This document shows, piece by piece, positions 6,836 through 10,069 of a stretch of DNA of 10,069 nt. Each line of letters starts with the position of its first letter. Positions within the stretch are counted from its first letter, which is position 1. A program made the position numbers and the translations under genes. This DNA comes from Candidatus Iainarchaeum sp. (GTDB lineage Archaea; Iainarchaeota; Iainarchaeia; Iainarchaeales; Iainarchaeaceae). The DNA is taken from the NCBI GenBank assembly GCA_038895675.1, contig JAWANB010000023.1:1-10069 (forward strand), given 5' to 3'. The notes beneath the pieces were generated by a model that did not search any database, was not told the DNA's origin, and saw only the letters and a list, made by a program, of their open reading frames with translations.

Positions 6836-7420
6836 ATGACAGAAACTTGGAAAGAAGACAAAATATTTGAAATGCTTAACAAAGACAACTTAGTAATAAA
6901 AGCAGTAAAAGAGATTATTTCAAAGCAAACAATTCCTTTGTCTTTAATATTATTAACCAAACCAGAGAACTACAGAACAACAAAAAAAGCTTGTGTGAAA
7001 CAACTTTTAGAAAAGTTTGACTTAATAATAGTGAGTCTAAATTCGACTTATGAAAGATTTGTAAAAGATTCAGAAATAGAAAAAGAAGTAGAAAAAATAA
7101 AGTATATTGACATGTTTTCACAAAAACAATGTATTGAAAAAAACAAAGTATGCTTAGGTTCAAACACTGCTCTTTCTGAATGTAATGATTACATAGAAAA
7201 GTTTGTTGAGCAAAAAAAGAAAAGTTGTGTATTAGTAGACTCTGTAACTGCGCTATTACTATACAATGATGAAAAAGCCGTGAAAAAGTTTATACATTAT
7301 TTGAGTCAAAAGTTGTTAGAAAAAGAAATTTCTTGCGTTTTATTGGGAATTCAAGAAAAAGAAACTGAAAACACTTGCAAAATCTTGAACCAATTTGTAA
7401 AAACAATAGAGAAAGTTTAA
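6836..7420 (+). CDS. Stand-alone degenerate KaiC/RecA-fold (DUF835-like) protein (194 aa from ATG 6836)
   Basis: ATG 6836 is 1 nt after the kaiC-like stop (TGA 6832-6834), with GAGGA at 6820-6824. Motifs IIVSLN, KYIDMFS, VLVDSVTALLLYN, KFIH and QFV; no P-loop. Aligns by eye with the N-terminal domain of 2130..4457. Confidence 0.8.
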   Translation: MTETWKEDKIFEMLNKDNLVIKAVKEIISKQTIPLSLILLTKPENYRTTKKACVKQLLEKFDLIIVSLNSTYERFVKDSEIEKEVEKIKYIDMFSQKQCIEKNKVCLGSNTALSECNDYIEKFVEQKKKSCVLVDSVTALLLYNDEKAVKKFIHYLSQKLLEKEISCVLLGIQEKETENTCKILNQFVKTIEKV

Positions 7421-7460
7421 AGCTTGCACTGGCACAAAAGACAAGACAAAATTAAAAAGG

Positions 7461-8888
7461 ATGGGAAATCAAATAAAGATAATGAATTACAAAGAAAAAC
7501 TCAAAGAACTTGCTGAAAAAATAAAAAAACAAGATGATTTTGTAGTGGTGCACCACTACGATGCTGATGGATGTTCTGCAGGCGCGATAATGTACTTGGC
7601 TCTAAAAAGACTTGGAAAAAAAGTAACGAAAAAATGGGTAAAACAACTTTATCAAGAAAATATACAAGAAATAAAAGGATTAGGTAAAAATATTATTTTC
7701 GTAGATTTTGGGTCTGGCCAATTAGAGTTTCTAAAAGAGGCTTTTGGAAACAATTTTTTTGTGTTTGACCATCACGAAAAAACTAATGTTGACCACGAAA
7801 ATCATTTTAGCCCTTTCAATTTTGGAATAAATGGAGGCTATGAAATAAGTGCATCTGGTATAAGCTATTTGTTTGCAAAAGAATTAGACGAAAAAAACTT
7901 TGATTTATGTGTTTTAGCAATAGTAGGAGCAACGGGTGATATGCAAGATTATTCTGGCAAATTAATCGGGTTGAACGCACAAATAGTCGAAGAAGGAAAA
8001 AAATATGGGTTAGTAAAAGTGGAAAATGATTTAAGACTTTACGGTAGAATTTCAAGGCCTTTAACCCAATTTTTGGCTTACACTACATCCCCAATATTAC
8101 CAGAACTTACTGGAAAAGAAGAAAATTGCTTGGCTTTTCTCAAAGATGCTAACATAGAAATAAAAGACGGAGACAAATGGAGAACTTATTCTGATTTAAG
8201 TTTTGAAGAAAAAAAAAGGTTGTCGACAGCGTTAATACTTCACCTAAATCAATTTAATGTGCCTGAGTGGAAAATAACAGAATTGTTTGGCGAAGTATAT
8301 GTTTTTACTAAAGAAGACCCAAAAAGTCCTTTGTGTGAAGCTAAAGAATATTCCACGTTGTGTAATGCTTGTGGTAGACACGGGAAAGCCGAAGTAGCGA
8401 TAGAGGTTTGTGCAGGAGATAGAGAAGAATATTACAAACAAGCCTTAGCTTTGATGGCACAACATAGAAAAGAATTAAGAGAAGGAATAGAGTTAGTTAC
8501 AAACAATGGAATAAGTGAAGAAAAACAATTTTATTACTTTGACGCTAAACACCAAATACAAGAATCTATAATAGGAATAATAGCTGGAATGCTTTATGGT
8601 TCAAGTTTAATAGAAACAAACAAACCAATAATAGCAATAGTGCATAACTCAGACGGAACAATAAAAATTAGTGGAAGAGCAACAAAAGACTTGGTAATGA
8701 AAGGGGTTAATTTAGGAAAGGCTTTCAGAAAAATTTGTAAAGTATTAGGACAAGGAGCTGAAGGCGGAGGCCATGCAATAGCAGCAGGGATGAAAATAAA
8801 AGAAAACCAATTAAACGAAGTTCTACCAAAAATCAATGAAACAATAAAAGAGCAATTAGAAATGCCGTTGCAATCAGATCAAAAATAG
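7461..8888 (+). CDS. recJ: Archaeal RecJ-like DHH/DHHA1 nuclease, GAN (Cdc45 homologue) type (475 aa; alternative start ATG 7482)
   Basis: Motifs HHYDADG, FVDFG, DHH, SASG, GATGD, NACGR, ISGR and GGGHAIAAG are all intact. There is a long insertion (LRLYGRISRPL...GEVY) between the DHH core and NACGR, as in GAN/Cdc45-type proteins, and the size fits. Confidence 0.92.
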   Translation: MGNQIKIMNYKEKLKELAEKIKKQDDFVVVHHYDADGCSAGAIMYLALKRLGKKVTKKWVKQLYQENIQEIKGLGKNIIFVDFGSGQLEFLKEAFGNNFFVFDHHEKTNVDHENHFSPFNFGINGGYEISASGISYLFAKELDEKNFDLCVLAIVGATGDMQDYSGKLIGLNAQIVEEGKKYGLVKVENDLRLYGRISRPLTQFLAYTTSPILPELTGKEENCLAFLKDANIEIKDGDKWRTYSDLSFEEKKRLSTALILHLNQFNVPEWKITELFGEVYVFTKEDPKSPLCEAKEYSTLCNACGRHGKAEVAIEVCAGDREEYYKQALALMAQHRKELREGIELVTNNGISEEKQFYYFDAKHQIQESIIGIIAGMLYGSSLIETNKPIIAIVHNSDGTIKISGRATKDLVMKGVNLGKAFRKICKVLGQGAEGGGHAIAAGMKIKENQLNEVLPKINETIKEQLEMPLQSDQK

Positions 8889-8946
8889 AAAAAATAACTA
8901 AACAATAAATTTTATAAAAAAGCTAAATCAAACACGAATAAAACAA
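8889..8946 (-). terminator. Convergent intergenic region; T-rich on the minus strand, possible terminator for nadK
   Basis: The + strand is A-rich (AAAAAA runs), giving oligo-U tracts downstream of the nadK stop. No hairpin. Confidence 0.3.
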
Positions 8947-9717
8947 CTAATTGTTAGGTTTAACAGCGATTTTTACACTATTTCCTTTTTCTAACTCTGC
9001 TCTCTCTCTAATATTAAACCATTTTTGACCGTCAATAACAAGAACTGCCTTTAAATTTCCAAAATCAGACACTAAAATTTTTTCATGATCATTTATGACT
9101 AAAGGTCTTACCGACCAATCAACAGGGTTTATTGGAACTATGACAAAAACAGAGGCATTGCCTTTTATTATTGGGCCACCGGCAGAAAGAGCATGAGCAG
9201 TACTACCTGTAGGCGTAGACAATATTAAGCCGTCCCCTGATTGTATCAACTTACTTTTTCCTATTAAAACAGAATAGTGCAATAATCTCCCTGGTTTTTG
9301 AGGAACAATTAAAGCCTCGTTCAAAGCATTTCCTACTTGTTTATCATCGACTCTTACTAAAATTCTTGTTCTTTCCTCAAAAACTATTTTACCTAAAAGA
9401 AAGTCGTTCAAAGCTTTTTCGCTTTCATTTTTTTCGTAAGCCTGAAGAAAGCCTTTTCTACCATGATTTATTCCAATTATAGGAATGTTCTTTTTCAAAT
9501 TTTGAAAACCATAAAGAATAGTTCCGTCACCACCAAAAGAAAATATTATGTCAGAATTAAATTGTTCTAACTCTTTTGAATACTTACAAGAAAAAAAATT
9601 TTTATCAACCTCTAACTTAATTTTTTTGGCTTCAGCGAGTTTTATTAAAGCAAGAGCCTCTTCTTTTGCCTCTTTGTTTTCCTTTCTACCAATGATGCCT
9701 AAAATGTTTTTGTTCAT
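8947..9717 (-). CDS. nadK: NAD(+) kinase (256 aa from ATG 9717; the track starts at TTG 9726)
   Basis: GGDGT, GINHGRKGFL, ALNE, GDGLILSTPTGSTAHALSAGGP and DGQ motifs. Confidence 0.95.
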   Translation of the reverse strand: MNKNILGIIGRKENKEAKEEALALIKLAEAKKIKLEVDKNFFSCKYSKELEQFNSDIIFSFGGDGTILYGFQNLKKNIPIIGINHGRKGFLQAYEKNESEKALNDFLLGKIVFEERTRILVRVDDKQVGNALNEALIVPQKPGRLLHYSVLIGKSKLIQSGDGLILSTPTGSTAHALSAGGPIIKGNASVFVIVPINPVDWSVRPLVINDHEKILVSDFGNLKAVLVIDGQKWFNIRERAELEKGNSVKIAVKPNN

Positions 9718-9773
9718 ATGAAACAATCATCAAAGCAAACAAATAAATAAATTAGGGAACAACTAAAAAAAAA

Positions 9774-9799
9774 TTAGGTCTAATCTTGATTATTCCTAA
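9774..9799. promoter_or_regulatory. 26-bp imperfect inverted repeat, candidate regulator binding site between divergent nadK and ppdK
   Basis: TTAGGTCTAATC-TT-GATTATTCCTAA; the arms match at 10 of 12 positions. Confidence 0.45.
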
Positions 9800-9905
9800 A
9801 AAGTTTTCTAGTTATTCAATCTACTCGGAATTTTTTCCATGCATAAATTTAATAATTCAATATAGAATATAAAGGTTAATCAGAAAACTATGGAGGCTGG
9901 CCACT

Positions 9906-10069
9906 ATGACAAAATACGTCTACATGTTTGATGAATATAAGAACCCTAACACTGAACAAGCTCAATTCATACTTGGAAATAAAGGCGCGCAATTGGCTGA
10001 AATGACTAGGGCCGGTCTTAACGTTCCTTATGGTTTCACAATAACGACTGACGCTTGCAGAGAATTTTA
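9906..10069 (+). CDS. ppdK: Pyruvate phosphate dikinase, 5' end (partial, runs off the window; not in the ORF track)
   Basis: Manual translation MTKYVYMFDEYKNPNTEQAQFILGNKGAQLAEMTRAGLNVPYGFTITTDACREF matches the PPDK N-terminus pattern (KxVYxF...LGxKGxxLAEM...GxxVPxGFTITTxAC). SD GGAGG at 9892-9896. Confidence 0.9.
   Translation, partial: MTKYVYMFDEYKNPNTEQAQFILGNKGAQLAEMTRAGLNVPYGFTITTDACREF

Noticed and set aside
8890..8900. AAAAATAACTA matching the tandem-repeat unit
   Set aside because: The same low-complexity word also occurs inside coding sequence (for example at 1741), so it is probably compositional.

Overview
AT-rich, gene-dense window that looks archaeal. The evidence is GGTGA/GGAGG Shine-Dalgarno motifs, TATA boxes about 25-30 nt upstream of apparently leaderless starts, a GAN-type RecJ and several single-domain KaiC-like proteins. 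A DPANN-type host is my impression only. Gene order: 3' tail of an upstream gene; a secreted, C-terminally anchored multidomain surface protein (Cys-rich module, two Ig-like repeats, TM helix, SHOCT-like tail); a protein with a Walker-A-less KaiC/RecA-fold domain fused to about 520 aa of coiled coil; a small basic orphan; two divergently transcribed single-domain KaiC-like ATPases; a stand-alone Walker-A-less KaiC-fold protein; RecJ/GAN DHH nuclease; NAD kinase; and the 5' end of pyruvate phosphate dikinase, which the ORF track misses. The most notable feature is the cluster of four KaiC-fold domains (two active-looking, two degenerate) within about 5.3 kb next to a surface protein, a candidate membrane-to-scaffold signalling system. 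I found no tRNA, rRNA, CRISPR array or transposase. All calls come from reading motifs by eye; no database searches were run.
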